Assembly (NCBI RefSeq): GCF_000146505.1
Contig: NC_017448.1
Span: 2,010,001 to 2,042,000 of the forward strand
DNA: 32,000 nucleotides
Source: Fibrobacter succinogenes subsp. succinogenes S85
GTDB taxonomy: Bacteria > Fibrobacterota > Fibrobacteria > Fibrobacterales > Fibrobacteraceae
Reading direction: 5' to 3'
Positions 1-13,362 of this stretch are shown here, piece after piece. The notes under the pieces are model-generated. The model was given only the letters and a program-made list of their open reading frames with translations. It was not told the DNA's origin and did not search any database. The stretch's first letter is position 1, and every line of letters begins with the position of its first letter. The position numbers and the translations under genes are program-made.

Positions 1-132
1 AAACACCGGGCTCCCCGTCCAAAAAGACGTTGTCTTATGAAGAATGATATCGTTATGGTTCTTGGCACAACCGCCAAGGAACAGCAACGAAGCTGAAAAT
101 AGAAGTACGATGGATTTCTTTATGGTTTTCAT
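1..132 (-). CDS. lipoprotein, N-terminal 44 codons only (gene runs off the left edge)
   Basis: Hand translation of the minus strand from ATG (complement of 130-132) gives MKTIKKSIVLLFSASLLFLGGCAKNHNDIILHKTTSFWTGSPVF. It has a hydrophobic signal peptide ending in lipobox L-G-G-C, and an AAGGAA motif about 10 nt upstream. Too short for the ORF track. Confidence 0.5.
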   Translation of the reverse strand, partial: MKTIKKSIVLLFSASLLFLGGCAKNHNDIILHKTTSFWTGSPVF

Positions 133-161
133 GATTAAAAATTCCTTTATAAAAAAATACT

Positions 162-1478
162 TTATTTCTCTACAACATGTCCCGATAGCTCACGGAAATC
201 GCCTTTTTTATACAAGGTAATACCCGGCGAAACCAAGTGAAACACAGACTGTTCAGCAAGCGTTTCCACGTTGAACTCGAAAGAATCCAGGCGGTTGCGG
301 TAGCTGTCCGTAGAGTTATCAAACGAAACCATGTAAGGCGGGCGTGGAATCTTGCCCTGGTTCGCAAGCGAAACAAGCTCAACTCCGACCCTGTCGTTAG
401 AAACAACCCACGCATCCACAGGCGGGATTTTTTTCACGAGCGACATTAAAATTTGTCTATAACGGGCATGTGCACGCGGTTCCTGCATAAAGTCATAAGG
501 GCTCGCATGCGATGCATCAGTCGCCTCGAACACTTCAAGTCCCACATTCTTGAGACCTTTCAAGCGGTCCCTCGACCACATGCTCATGTGATACGGAGAA
601 ACAAAGGCTATCCGCGTCAAGCCTTTTTTCTTCAGAAAACGCCCGACAATGCGTCCCGGGAACTCACCAAAGGCGAGGTTGAAAAACGCAAATCGCTTTT
701 CTTTTTTCAACGCACGCGGAATGTCGTACAGCGGATGTTCCCACCACACTGCCACAGGGAAGCGCGTCGTCGCAAGCTTTGTAAATAACTTATTGATATT
801 GAACACAAGCATCGTCGAGACAATCGCGCCAAAACATTCACGGCAATCTTCAAGCCTGATGCGGTTGCCGTTTGCATCCAAAAATGCGCCCTCTTCTTCG
901 TAATAGCCAAGCGCCTTGACATTTAAGTTATTGCGATGCGCCTCCACATAGACTTTCTGCATAAACGAAAGTTCACGTTCGCCAAGGCAATTAAAATCCC
1001 CGTTAGGGTCACAACGCATGATCAGGAGAATTTCCGTCGTTTCAGAAGTCACCCGTGCACTAGCAAAATAATATCGCCCTTGCCCCTTGCGTTCTAGAGT
1101 CCCTTTCGCACGGAGCTGCTCCAGCGTACGCCGCATTGTCCCCAAAGTAGTCGCATAAGACAGACACATGTCCTTGATTGATGGAAGCGGATTATCGACC
1201 GAAATTTTTCCCGATTTCCAAGCATCCAACAATAAACGCTCTACGCGTTCTGTTTCGTACTCGCGTGCAGAGGCCTCGATTTTAGGCTTCGTTCCCCAAA
1301 AAAATCCATTGCCATGTTCCGCATAAATTTTCCCTTGAGAGGCAAGCTTCTTGTATGCACGGAAAACGGTGAACGTCGACGCCCCCGAAGATGCAGCCAC
1401 CTCGCGCACGGACGGGAGCCGGTCTCCATCCTTGAAATTAGACGATCCAATCCACTTGCAAAAATCTTCGACTGTCAT
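162..1478 (-). CDS. transcriptional regulator: two tandem GntR-type winged-HTH domains plus a LacI/PBP1-like sugar-binding core
   Basis: ORF 162-1490. ATG at 1476-1478 (MTVEDF, GAGG 6 nt upstream) is preferred over the upstream TTG. Two GntR-like signatures are present: DRLPSVREVAASSGASTFTVFRAYKKLASQGKIYAEHGNGFF and NPLPSIKDMCLSYATTLGTMRRTLEQLRAKGTLERKGQGRYYF. About 290 aa resembling periplasmic-binding-protein type 1 regulator cores follow (RIAFVSP, DAWVVSNDRVG, MVSFDNS). Confidence 0.8.
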   Translation of the reverse strand: MTVEDFCKWIGSSNFKDGDRLPSVREVAASSGASTFTVFRAYKKLASQGKIYAEHGNGFFWGTKPKIEASAREYETERVERLLLDAWKSGKISVDNPLPSIKDMCLSYATTLGTMRRTLEQLRAKGTLERKGQGRYYFASARVTSETTEILLIMRCDPNGDFNCLGERELSFMQKVYVEAHRNNLNVKALGYYEEEGAFLDANGNRIRLEDCRECFGAIVSTMLVFNINKLFTKLATTRFPVAVWWEHPLYDIPRALKKEKRFAFFNLAFGEFPGRIVGRFLKKKGLTRIAFVSPYHMSMWSRDRLKGLKNVGLEVFEATDASHASPYDFMQEPRAHARYRQILMSLVKKIPPVDAWVVSNDRVGVELVSLANQGKIPRPPYMVSFDNSTDSYRNRLDSFEFNVETLAEQSVFHLVSPGITLYKKGDFRELSGHVVEK

Positions 1479-1490
1479 GGTGAACCTCAA

Positions 1491-1515
1491 TATAACACTA
1501 GATACACTATAACAC
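1491..1515. promoter_or_regulatory. candidate operator: TATAACAC direct repeat in the divergent regulator/GH26 intergenic region
   Basis: TATAACAC occurs at 1491-1498 and 1508-1515 (17-nt period), with a related ATACAC at 1502-1507. The site lies between the divergent starts at 1478 and 1605. Confidence 0.25.
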
Positions 1516-1604
1516 GAACATACAAAAATTTCAACTACAGGGAACGCCTAGTAACCTAATTTAAGTAAGGAAACAAAATACAATCTTTGAATATCGAGGC
1601 TACT

Positions 1605-2753
1605 ATGTTCAAATCACTACTCTTCACATTAGGGATCTTGCCTATGACTGCTTTAGCATTCCAAATCGGCGCCTGGGTCGGTGGCCCCGGCCAATACCCG
1701 CAGCCCACTCAAGAAAACGTGCAGGCATTCCAAGATTTGCAGGGCTCGCATATCGACCTCATCAGTTACTTTGCGCTCTTCGACATCAACGATTGGAACG
1801 CAACCGAAGAGTACGCAAACGTCGCGAAAGACAACGGCTCCACGCTTGTGGTGACCTGGATGGCAAACGGCTACAACGCGCAAGATTTGGTGGACGGCAA
1901 GGCCGACGAATATATCCGCGACTACGCCAAGGGTGTTAAAGGCTATGGCGAAGAAATCTGGCTCAGGCCGCTCCACGAAGCGAACGGCGACTGGTACGAC
2001 TGGGGTGTAGGCAAGGCAGGCGCCGGCAACACCGATGCAAACGTCGCCGAAGCATTCCGTCATATCGTAAAAATTTTCAAAGAAGAAGGCGTTACGAACG
2101 TCAAATGGGTCTGGACAACGAACGCTTCGAACTCAGGAAAGGGTTCCACGCTTACGGGCAACTACCCTGGCGACGAATACGTCGACTACATCTCCATCGA
2201 CGGCTACAACTGGGGCAAATGCCAGAGTTGGTCTAGCTGGCAGACGTTCTCGCAGGTTTTCAAGAAAGCATACGACGCACTCGCTAAAATCAACAAGCCG
2301 CTTTTCATCGCAGAAATTTCGAGTTCCGAACTTGGCGGCAGCAAGGCTGAATGGATTACCGACATGTTTGAGCACTTCGCGACCGACTTCTCCCGCGTTT
2401 TCGCGGTGATGTGGTTCAGCCAGAGCAAGGAAGATAACGAAGGCGACTGGGCGCTCAACACTTCACAGGCTGCAGTTGATGCATGGAAAGCAGGCATCGC
2501 GAAGATGAAGGCCATGGACAGCAGCACCTCCATCAAACCAGCCGGGAGGGCCGCCCGCAGCTCCTTTCGCCTGCAAGACGGCAAGCTCTACATGCAGAGC
2601 GACAAAGCATTAAAGGCAAGCGTCGTGCAGTTTGACTATCAGGGACGTGTCCTGTGGCAGAGCCCGGTGCAGCACTTTACCGCGGGAGTGCACGCTATCG
2701 ACGCCCCCAAGACAAGCACGCGAAGCATTTACAAGTTATCCGTGAAGCGTTAA
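1605..2753 (+). CDS. secreted glycoside hydrolase family 26 (beta-mannanase-like) with a basic C-terminal tail domain
   Basis: ORF 1587-2753. ATG at 1605 (GAGG 5 nt upstream) gives signal peptide MFKSLLFTLGILPMTALA. GH26-type motifs are WLRPLHEANGDWYDWG (acid/base Glu) and PLFIAEISS (nucleophile Glu), plus YISIDGYNWG. Confidence 0.85.
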   Translation: MFKSLLFTLGILPMTALAFQIGAWVGGPGQYPQPTQENVQAFQDLQGSHIDLISYFALFDINDWNATEEYANVAKDNGSTLVVTWMANGYNAQDLVDGKADEYIRDYAKGVKGYGEEIWLRPLHEANGDWYDWGVGKAGAGNTDANVAEAFRHIVKIFKEEGVTNVKWVWTTNASNSGKGSTLTGNYPGDEYVDYISIDGYNWGKCQSWSSWQTFSQVFKKAYDALAKINKPLFIAEISSSELGGSKAEWITDMFEHFATDFSRVFAVMWFSQSKEDNEGDWALNTSQAAVDAWKAGIAKMKAMDSSTSIKPAGRAARSSFRLQDGKLYMQSDKALKASVVQFDYQGRVLWQSPVQHFTAGVHAIDAPKTSTRSIYKLSVKR

Positions 2754-2785
2754 ACAAAACTTATTCATAAAACTCCTTGGACAAC

Positions 2786-2830
2786 CCCCATTCTAGCTCC
2801 TTCAAAACGCTAGAGTGGGGATTTTTTATT
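2786..2830 (+). terminator. Rho-independent terminator after GH26
   Basis: 12-bp stem CCCCATTCTAGC (2786-2797) pairs with GCTAGAGTGGGG (2809-2820) with one G-U pair. The loop is 11 nt, followed by ATTTTTTATT. Confidence 0.7.
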
Positions 2831-2905
2831 CCTACTAAGCTTCTCCAAACGGAATACCCATAATCGCCGCTTCATGGAATCAATCAGAGCCGAGTTTTTG
2901 ACCGA

Positions 2906-3409
2906 TTGAAACGGCTCTTAGAATTTGTATGCACGCAAAAGGGAACATCACCAATAATTCTGATTTTCCGCGAAGAAAACGTGAAGAATGTCAAGTGGGT
3001 ATGGACCACGAATGTCACGAACCACGGCGAAGGCGCCACGCTCACGGGCAACTATCCCGGCGACGATTTTGTGGACTACATCTCCATTGACGGTTACAAC
3101 TGGGGCAAGAGTCAAAGCTGGTCCAGCTGGAAGTCCTTTGCACAAGTCTTCGACGATGCCTACAAGGCTCTCGCAAATATAAACAAGCCGCTCTTCATTG
3201 CCGAAATCTCCAGTTCCGAAAAAGGTGGAAGCAAGGCCGAATGGATCGCCGACATGTTTGAGCATTTCCGCACCGACTACTCACGCGTATTTGCCGTGAT
3301 GTGGTTCAGCCAAAGCAAGGACTACGAAGGCGACTGGGCGCTCAACACCTCAAAGGCAGCCGTTGACGCCTGGAAAGCAGGCATTGCGAAGATGAAGAAG
3401 TGCAAATAG
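2906..3409 (+). pseudogene. 5'-truncated GH26 paralog (C-terminal half only)
   Basis: From about 2955 onward the ORF aligns to residues of the intact gene encoded at about 2090-2510 (NVKWVWTTN, YISIDGYNWGK, PLFIAEISSSE, VFAVMWFSQSK, AVDAWKAGIAKMK). By eye this is roughly 80 percent aa identity. It lacks the signal peptide, the HEANG acid/base half and the C-terminal tail. The only in-frame start is a TTG with no obvious RBS. Confidence 0.7.
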
Positions 3410-3435
3410 CGCTCAATCAAGTTTTCTCCTTGAAA

Positions 3436-3494
3436 CCTCCTCATTTCAAATTCGTCTCTAGCAATAGAGCGAAAACGGAATGAGGAGTTTTTTC
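3436..3494 (+). terminator. terminator-like compound hairpin after the GH26 fragment
   Basis: CTCCTCATT (3437-3445) pairs with AATGAGGAG (3479-3487). An inner CTCTA/TAGAG hairpin sits inside, and a T6 run follows at 3488-3493. Confidence 0.5.
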
Positions 3495-3511
3495 ATTTAA
3501 GCCAAAACAGC

Positions 3512-3548
3512 TATAAAAGCAGAAAAGGTCTCGCTGTAAAGCGAGACC
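3512..3548 (-). terminator. Rho-independent terminator ending the ribosomal/RNAP supercluster
   Basis: 8-bp stem GGTCTCGC (3527-3534) pairs with GCGAGACC (3541-3548). On the minus strand it is followed by TTTTCTGCTTTT, 36 nt after the rpsG stop. Confidence 0.65.
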
Positions 3549-3583
3549 CTTCTCTAGGATAATTCTGTGCTTGCGCGCAAGAA

Positions 3584-4060
3584 TTAGAAACGGAAGTGAG
3601 CGAAAGCCTTGTTGGCTTCGGCCATCTTGTGCGTATCGTTCTTCTTGCGGACTGCGTTGCCTTCGCTGTTCTTAGCGGCAACGAGTTCTGCAGCAAGGCG
3701 TTCTGCCATGTTGGCTTCGTTGCGGTTACGAGCTGCATCGAGGAGCCAGCGGAGAGCGAGAGCCTTGGCGCGATCCGGAGCAACTTCCATCGGGACCTGG
3801 TAGTTTGCACCACCAACGCGACGGGACTTGACTTCGACACGCGGCTTGATGTTTTCAAGGCAGAGTTCGAACTTTTCGAGCGGGGTTTCCTTGCCTTCGA
3901 CCTTCTTGTCGAGCATGTCGAGAGCGGTGTAGACGATCTGTTCAGCGATGGTCTTCTTACCCTGCTTGAGCACGACACCGACGAGTTCGGTGACGAGCGT
4001 GGAGTGGAAACGCGGATCCGGGAGGATGGAGCGATGGAGAGCCTTTCTTCTTCTAGACAT
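3584..4060 (-). CDS. rpsG: 30S ribosomal protein S7
   Basis: 158 aa, MSRRRKALHRSILPDPRFHS...ANKAFAHFRF. Full-length match to the S7 pattern, immediately after rpsL. Confidence 0.97.
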   Translation of the reverse strand: MSRRRKALHRSILPDPRFHSTLVTELVGVVLKQGKKTIAEQIVYTALDMLDKKVEGKETPLEKFELCLENIKPRVEVKSRRVGGANYQVPMEVAPDRAKALALRWLLDAARNRNEANMAERLAAELVAAKNSEGNAVRKKNDTHKMAEANKAFAHFRF

Positions 4061-4071
4061 AGATTACTTCC

Positions 4072-4461
4072 TTACTTCTTGGCCGGAGCGGCACCTTTTT
4101 TCTTAACACCGTACTTGGAGCGGCCGTTCTGACGGCCGTTGACTGCCTGGGTATCGAGCGTACCACGGATGATGTGGTAACGAACACCCGGAACGTCCTT
4201 CACACGACCACCGCGGATGAGCACGATGGAGTGTTCCTGGAGGTTGTGGCCTTCACCCGGGATGTAAGCGGTAACTTCCATCTTGTTGGAAAGGCGCACA
4301 CGGGCAATCTTACGAAGAGCGGAGTTCGGCTTCTTCGGGGTGCTGGTGTAAACACGGGTGCAAACGCCGCGCTTCTGGGGGCAGGACTTCAAAGCTACGG
4401 AAGCGGTCCTGTTGCTGATCTGTTCACGTCCGTTGCGGACGAGCTGTTGAATAGTTGGCAC
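4072..4461 (-). CDS. rpsL: 30S ribosomal protein S12
   Basis: 129 aa, [12 protein letters not shown]...[10 protein letters not shown]...RGGRVKDLPGVRYH-like core. GTG start with AGGAGA 7 nt upstream. Confidence 0.97.
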   Translation of the reverse strand: MPTIQQLVRNGREQISNRTASVALKSCPQKRGVCTRVYTSTPKKPNSALRKIARVRLSNKMEVTAYIPGEGHNLQEHSIVLIRGGRVKDVPGVRYHIIRGTLDTQAVNGRQNGRSKYGVKKKGAAPAKK

Positions 4462-4489
4462 TGTTTAATCTCCTAGATTTTGGAGTGCA

Positions 4490-4517
4490 AATATAGTTTT
4501 ATTTCCAAATATTTCAA
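4490..4517 (-). promoter_or_regulatory. candidate internal promoter for rpsL-rpsG
   Basis: Minus-strand TTGAAA (4512-4517), 16-nt spacer, TATATT (4490-4495), in the 67-nt rpoC-rpsL gap. Confidence 0.3.
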
Positions 4518-4528
4518 GTACTTAGCTG

Positions 4529-7500
4529 TTAATTATCTGAATCTTCCTCGTCAGAAGCACCGATTTCGTTATCCTGCATCTGGATTCCGGTACCGGTTTC
4601 ATAATTTTCAGCCGGAGCACTCTGCACACGACGTTCTTCCATTTCATCGGCATCGGCATCAATCACTTGGACGTTCCTCAAGTGACGGGCGCCAGTACCG
4701 CACGGAATAAGTCGACCCATAATCACGTTTTCCTTAAGACCCATGAGCGGATCCACGCAGCCTTCGATGGAGGCGCGAGTAAGGATTTTTTGGGTTTCCT
4801 GGAAGGAAGCTGCAGAGATGAAGCTGTCCGTTGCCAAGGAAGCCTTAGTGATACCAAGGAGCATCGGTTGATACTTAGCTTCGTCCTTACCGAGAGCGCG
4901 CAGACGTTCGTTTTCGGTACGGAGACGGATCTTGGAAATTTCTTCGCCTGGCAAGAATTCGGATTCACCCGGATCTGTAATGCGGACCTTGCGCATCATC
5001 TGACGAACGATACATTCGATGTGCTTATCTGCAATAGCCACACCTTGCAAGCGGTAAACCGCCTGAATTTCGTTCACCAAGTGGCGCTGCACATCCTCGG
5101 GTCCGAGAACGTCGAGGATATCGTGCGGGTCCACACTGCCTTCGCTGATCTTCTGACCAGCACGGACACGGTCACCGTCATTGACCGCCAGATGGATACC
5201 ACGCGGAACCAGCACTTTCACTTCGTTGCCATCCATCTGCTGAATAATAACTTCTTGGTTGTTGCGCACTTCGTTACCGTACTTGACGAGACCGTCAACC
5301 GGTGCGATGAATGCCTTGTTCTTCGGAACGCGAGCTTCGAAGAGTTCAGCGACGCGCGGAAGACCACCGGTAATATCGCGGGTCTTACCAGCTGCACGCG
5401 GAAGCTTTGCGATAACCTGACCGGAAGTAACGCGGTCACCCTGATGCACGGCGAGGATAGCGCCGTCAGGCAACATAAAGTGGCCAACCTTTTCGCCACG
5501 GTCGTCGTTGATGACGATGACCGGACGCAATTGGTTCTTACCGTGCTGCTTGTCGCTAATGACGATCCACGTTTCGACGTCGGTCATTTCATCGCGTTCA
5601 ATACGGTAAGTTCTGTTTTCAATAAGATTGCTAAATGCGATCGTACCGGAAACGTTCGTGATAATCGGGCTGTTATACGGATCCCATTCGAACATGCTTT
5701 CGCCCTTCTTGACGGTAGCATTGTTTTCGACGTGCAAGATTGCACCATACGGAATCTGGTAACGACCCTTGTTAATGCCGGTCGTATCGAAAATAACGAG
5801 TTCGCCCATACGGGAGACGACAACCTTCTGGCCTTCATGGTCGACAGTTTCGACCTGTTCGAGTTCGATGTGGCCATCGACTGTAGCCTTCTTGTCGCTT
5901 TCAACCGTCAAACGGGAAGAAGCACCACCGATATGGAACGTACGGAGGGTAAGCTGCGTACCCGGTTCACCGATGGACTGTGCAGCAAGCACGCCAACAG
6001 CTTCGCCGAGGTCAACCGGACGACCGGAAGCAAGCATACGGCCGTAGCACTTGGCGCAGACACCAGTCTTGGAGTCGCAAGTGAGCACGGAGCGCATCTT
6101 GATGTGTTCAAGACCCGTAGCGGAAATCTTCGGGAGGTCACGTTCAGTGACGAGTTCGCCAGCCTTGACGATCACTTCGCCCGTCACCGGGTGCTTGATG
6201 TCATCGACCGGAGCGCGACCGAGGAGACGTTCTTCAAGAGGAATGACAGTATCGTCACCGTCCTTGAATGCGGAAACTTCGATACCGTTCGTCGTACCGC
6301 AGTCCGGTTCGGTAATCACGAGGTCCTGGCCCACGTCCACGAGACGACGGGTAAGGTAACCAGCGTCAGCCGTCTTAAGAGCGGTATCAGCAAGACCCTT
6401 ACGAGCACCGTGAGACGAAATGAAGTATTCCATCACGTTCAAGCCTTCACGGAAGCAGGACTTAATCGGGTTTTCAATAACTTCCTGACCACCGAGCTGC
6501 TTGATCGGCTTCTGCATCAAACCACGCATACCGGACAGCTGCTTAATCTGTTCACGGCTACCACGAGCGCCGGAGTCAGCCATCATGTAGACCGGGTTGA
6601 AACCGTCACGGTCGTGAGAGAGCAAGTCCCACTGCTTGGCAGCGACATCGGACGTCGTCTTGGACCACACGTCAATCGTCTGGTTATAACGTTCACCGTC
6701 AGTAATGACACCGTCTTCATAAAGGGCGCGAATCTTGGAAACCTGTTCGGCAGCCTTGTCGAGCATTTCCTGCTTTTCCTTCGGGATCACCATTTCAGCG
6801 ATTGCCACAGAGGAACCAGCGCGCGTTGCCCACTTATAACCGTTAGCCTTGAGGTCGTCGAGGTAGTCAACGGTCACGCGGTTACCGGTACGACGATAGA
6901 GGTCGTCAATGGACTTTGCAATCACCTTCTTGCCGAAGGTTTCATTGGCGTAGCCAAGAGCGTTCGGGACAAATTCGTTGAAGATGATACGGCCGACAGT
7001 CGTCTTGATGACGTTGTCTTCCTTAAGGGTAAGGAACTTAATCTTTTCGCCAGCTTTGACCTGGACTTCAAGATTGCCATTGTCATCAGCCATTTCGCGG
7101 ATGCAGGTGCAATCCTTTTCGAGAGCGCCCATATAGATCTTGCGACCTGCCGGGAGCTTCAAGTAAACATTGGCGTTCAAATCCACGACGTCGTTTTCGT
7201 AAGCGCGAACGGCTTCGGCCGGGTCGTAGAAGTGCATGCCTTCACCCTTGCGGTTCGGACGCGGCTTGGTGAGGTAGTAGAGCCCTAGCACGATGTCCTG
7301 GCCCGGCACAGCGATCGGCTGACCTGAAGCCGGGTGAAGAATGTTGTTCGAAGAAAGCATCAACACGCGGCATTCGAGCTGAGTTTCGAAGCTAAGCGGA
7401 AGATGGCAAGCCATCTGGTCACCGTCGAAGTCAGCGTTGAATGCTGTACAGACGAGCGGATGGAGGCGAATCGCGTTACCTTCGATGAGCTTCGGATAGA

Positions 7501-8965
7501 AGGCCTGGATACCCAAGCGGTGAAGCGTCGGAGCGCGGTTCAACATGACCGGGTGGTCTTCAATAATCTGTTCGAGAATGTCCCAGACTTCAGGACGTTC
7601 TGCGTCAACGTACTTCTTAGCAGACTTGAGCGTGTAGACAATGCCTTCTTCTTCCAAGCGCTGGATGATGAACGGCTTGTAAAGTTCAAGAGCCATGCGC
7701 TTCGGGAGACCGCACTGGTGCATGCGAAGTTCCGGTCCCACGACAATCACGGAACGGCCGGAATAGTCAACACGCTTACCGAGCAAGTTCATACGGAAGC
7801 GGCCCTGCTTACCCTTGAGGAGTTCAGCGAGGCTCTTGAGCGGACGTGCAGAACCTGCACGAGCGGTGCGGCGGCCGCTATCGAACAGCTGGTCGACAGC
7901 TTCCTGGAGCATACGCTTTTCGTTGCAGAGAATCACGTTAGGGGCACGGATGTCAATCAACTTTTTCAAGCGGTTGTTGCGGTTGATGACACGGCGATAG
8001 AGTTCGTTCAAGTCGGAGGTAGCAAAGCGGCCACCTTCGAGCGGTACGAGCGGACGAAGATCAGGCGGGATAACCGGAAGGACGTCAAGGATCATCCAGG
8101 ACGGCTGGTTAGCGAGCAAGCGAGCTTCGTTCGGATACTTGTGGCGGAATTCTTCGTAGGCGTCGGCAAGCACAAAGTCGGAGTGCTTGGCTTCGTAGTC
8201 TACCTTGAATTCGGCAACAGCTTCGGCAAGACCCTTGAGCCAGGCCTTGCTTGCGTCGCGGGCCGGATCCGGATTCTTGTAGTAGCTGCGGAAGCTTTCC
8301 ATCTGGGACTTCTTGAAGGCTTCGACGACCTTGAGGCGCTTCACAGCGTCGTCCTGCTTGGTCTTGGACTTGGAAGTAGCCTGCAAGCGGAGTTCTTCGG
8401 AGAGCTTGGTCAAGTCGACGCGGTCGAGCAACTGCTTGATAGCAGATGCGCCCATCTTGGCTTCAAATTCACGGCCTTCGGCAACGAGGTCCTGATACTG
8501 AGCTTCGTCGATCAGGGAGTTCGGTTCGAGGTCGGTCGTACCCGGATCAATCACCACGTACTTTTCGTAGTAGATGATATGGTCGAGGTCCTTAGTATTG
8601 AGATTGAGGAGTGCACCGATGACGCACGGCTGGTTACGGACGAACCAGGTGTGGGTCAGAGGGATAGCAAGTTCGATGTGGCCCATGCGTTCGCGACGGA
8701 CCTTGGAGTGAGTCACTTCAACGCCGCAACGGTCACAGATGACGCCCTTGTAGCGGATGCGCTTGAACTTACCGCAGTTGCATTCCCAGTTCTTAACCGG
8801 TCCAAAGATCTTTTCGCAGAAAAGACCATCCTTTTCAGGCTTGAAGGAACGGTAGTTAATCGTTTCCGGCTTTGTCACTTCGCCATAGGACCAGTAACGG
8901 ATCAGGTCCGGAGAGGCGAGATGAATAGAAATGTCGCCAAACTGTTCAGTCATTTCTTCAGCCAT
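4529..8965 (-). CDS. rpoC: DNA-directed RNA polymerase subunit beta-prime
   Basis: 1478 aa. It has the zinc-binding CNCGKF...CDRCGVEV, the catalytic NADFDGDQM, and a trigger-loop region with an SI3-like insertion. Confidence 0.99.
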   Translation of the reverse strand: MAEEMTEQFGDISIHLASPDLIRYWSYGEVTKPETINYRSFKPEKDGLFCEKIFGPVKNWECNCGKFKRIRYKGVICDRCGVEVTHSKVRRERMGHIELAIPLTHTWFVRNQPCVIGALLNLNTKDLDHIIYYEKYVVIDPGTTDLEPNSLIDEAQYQDLVAEGREFEAKMGASAIKQLLDRVDLTKLSEELRLQATSKSKTKQDDAVKRLKVVEAFKKSQMESFRSYYKNPDPARDASKAWLKGLAEAVAEFKVDYEAKHSDFVLADAYEEFRHKYPNEARLLANQPSWMILDVLPVIPPDLRPLVPLEGGRFATSDLNELYRRVINRNNRLKKLIDIRAPNVILCNEKRMLQEAVDQLFDSGRRTARAGSARPLKSLAELLKGKQGRFRMNLLGKRVDYSGRSVIVVGPELRMHQCGLPKRMALELYKPFIIQRLEEEGIVYTLKSAKKYVDAERPEVWDILEQIIEDHPVMLNRAPTLHRLGIQAFYPKLIEGNAIRLHPLVCTAFNADFDGDQMACHLPLSFETQLECRVLMLSSNNILHPASGQPIAVPGQDIVLGLYYLTKPRPNRKGEGMHFYDPAEAVRAYENDVVDLNANVYLKLPAGRKIYMGALEKDCTCIREMADDNGNLEVQVKAGEKIKFLTLKEDNVIKTTVGRIIFNEFVPNALGYANETFGKKVIAKSIDDLYRRTGNRVTVDYLDDLKANGYKWATRAGSSVAIAEMVIPKEKQEMLDKAAEQVSKIRALYEDGVITDGERYNQTIDVWSKTTSDVAAKQWDLLSHDRDGFNPVYMMADSGARGSREQIKQLSGMRGLMQKPIKQLGGQEVIENPIKSCFREGLNVMEYFISSHGARKGLADTALKTADAGYLTRRLVDVGQDLVITEPDCGTTNGIEVSAFKDGDDTVIPLEERLLGRAPVDDIKHPVTGEVIVKAGELVTERDLPKISATGLEHIKMRSVLTCDSKTGVCAKCYGRMLASGRPVDLGEAVGVLAAQSIGEPGTQLTLRTFHIGGASSRLTVESDKKATVDGHIELEQVETVDHEGQKVVVSRMGELVIFDTTGINKGRYQIPYGAILHVENNATVKKGESMFEWDPYNSPIITNVSGTIAFSNLIENRTYRIERDEMTDVETWIVISDKQHGKNQLRPVIVINDDRGEKVGHFMLPDGAILAVHQGDRVTSGQVIAKLPRAAGKTRDITGGLPRVAELFEARVPKNKAFIAPVDGLVKYGNEVRNNQEVIIQQMDGNEVKVLVPRGIHLAVNDGDRVRAGQKISEGSVDPHDILDVLGPEDVQRHLVNEIQAVYRLQGVAIADKHIECIVRQMMRKVRITDPGESEFLPGEEISKIRLRTENERLRALGKDEAKYQPMLLGITKASLATDSFISAASFQETQKILTRASIEGCVDPLMGLKENVIMGRLIPCGTGARHLRNVQVIDADADEMEERRVQSAPAENYETGTGIQMQDNEIGASDEEDSDN

Positions 8966-8967
8966 AA

Positions 8968-13257
<4,290 letters not shown>

Positions 13258-13294
13258 TAGAAATACCTCATCCGGTGAAGAGCCTAATAATAGT

Positions 13295-13329
13295 CAAAAA
13301 ACACCAAAAGCCCGCACTGTTGTGCAGGC
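13295..13329 (-). terminator. attenuator/terminator hairpin between rplL and rpoB
   Basis: Minus strand GCCTGCAC-AACA-GTGCGGGC (13310-13329; 8 bp including one G-U), followed by TTTTGGTGTTTTTT. This is the same position as the known E. coli rplL-rpoB attenuator. Confidence 0.5.
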
Positions 13330-13362
13330 AATTGGTAAGGAAGAATTAATGCAGCAAAAGCA

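Noticed and set aside
1587-1604. TTG start for GH26; likewise 26586 for ahcY, 1490 for the regulator, 20142 for the membrane gene and 29597 for the RhuM gene
   Set aside because: Downstream ATGs have Shine-Dalgarno-like motifs, and most give canonical N-termini (signal peptide, or the conserved AhcY start). The 29597 ATG falls within the predicted promoter spacer.
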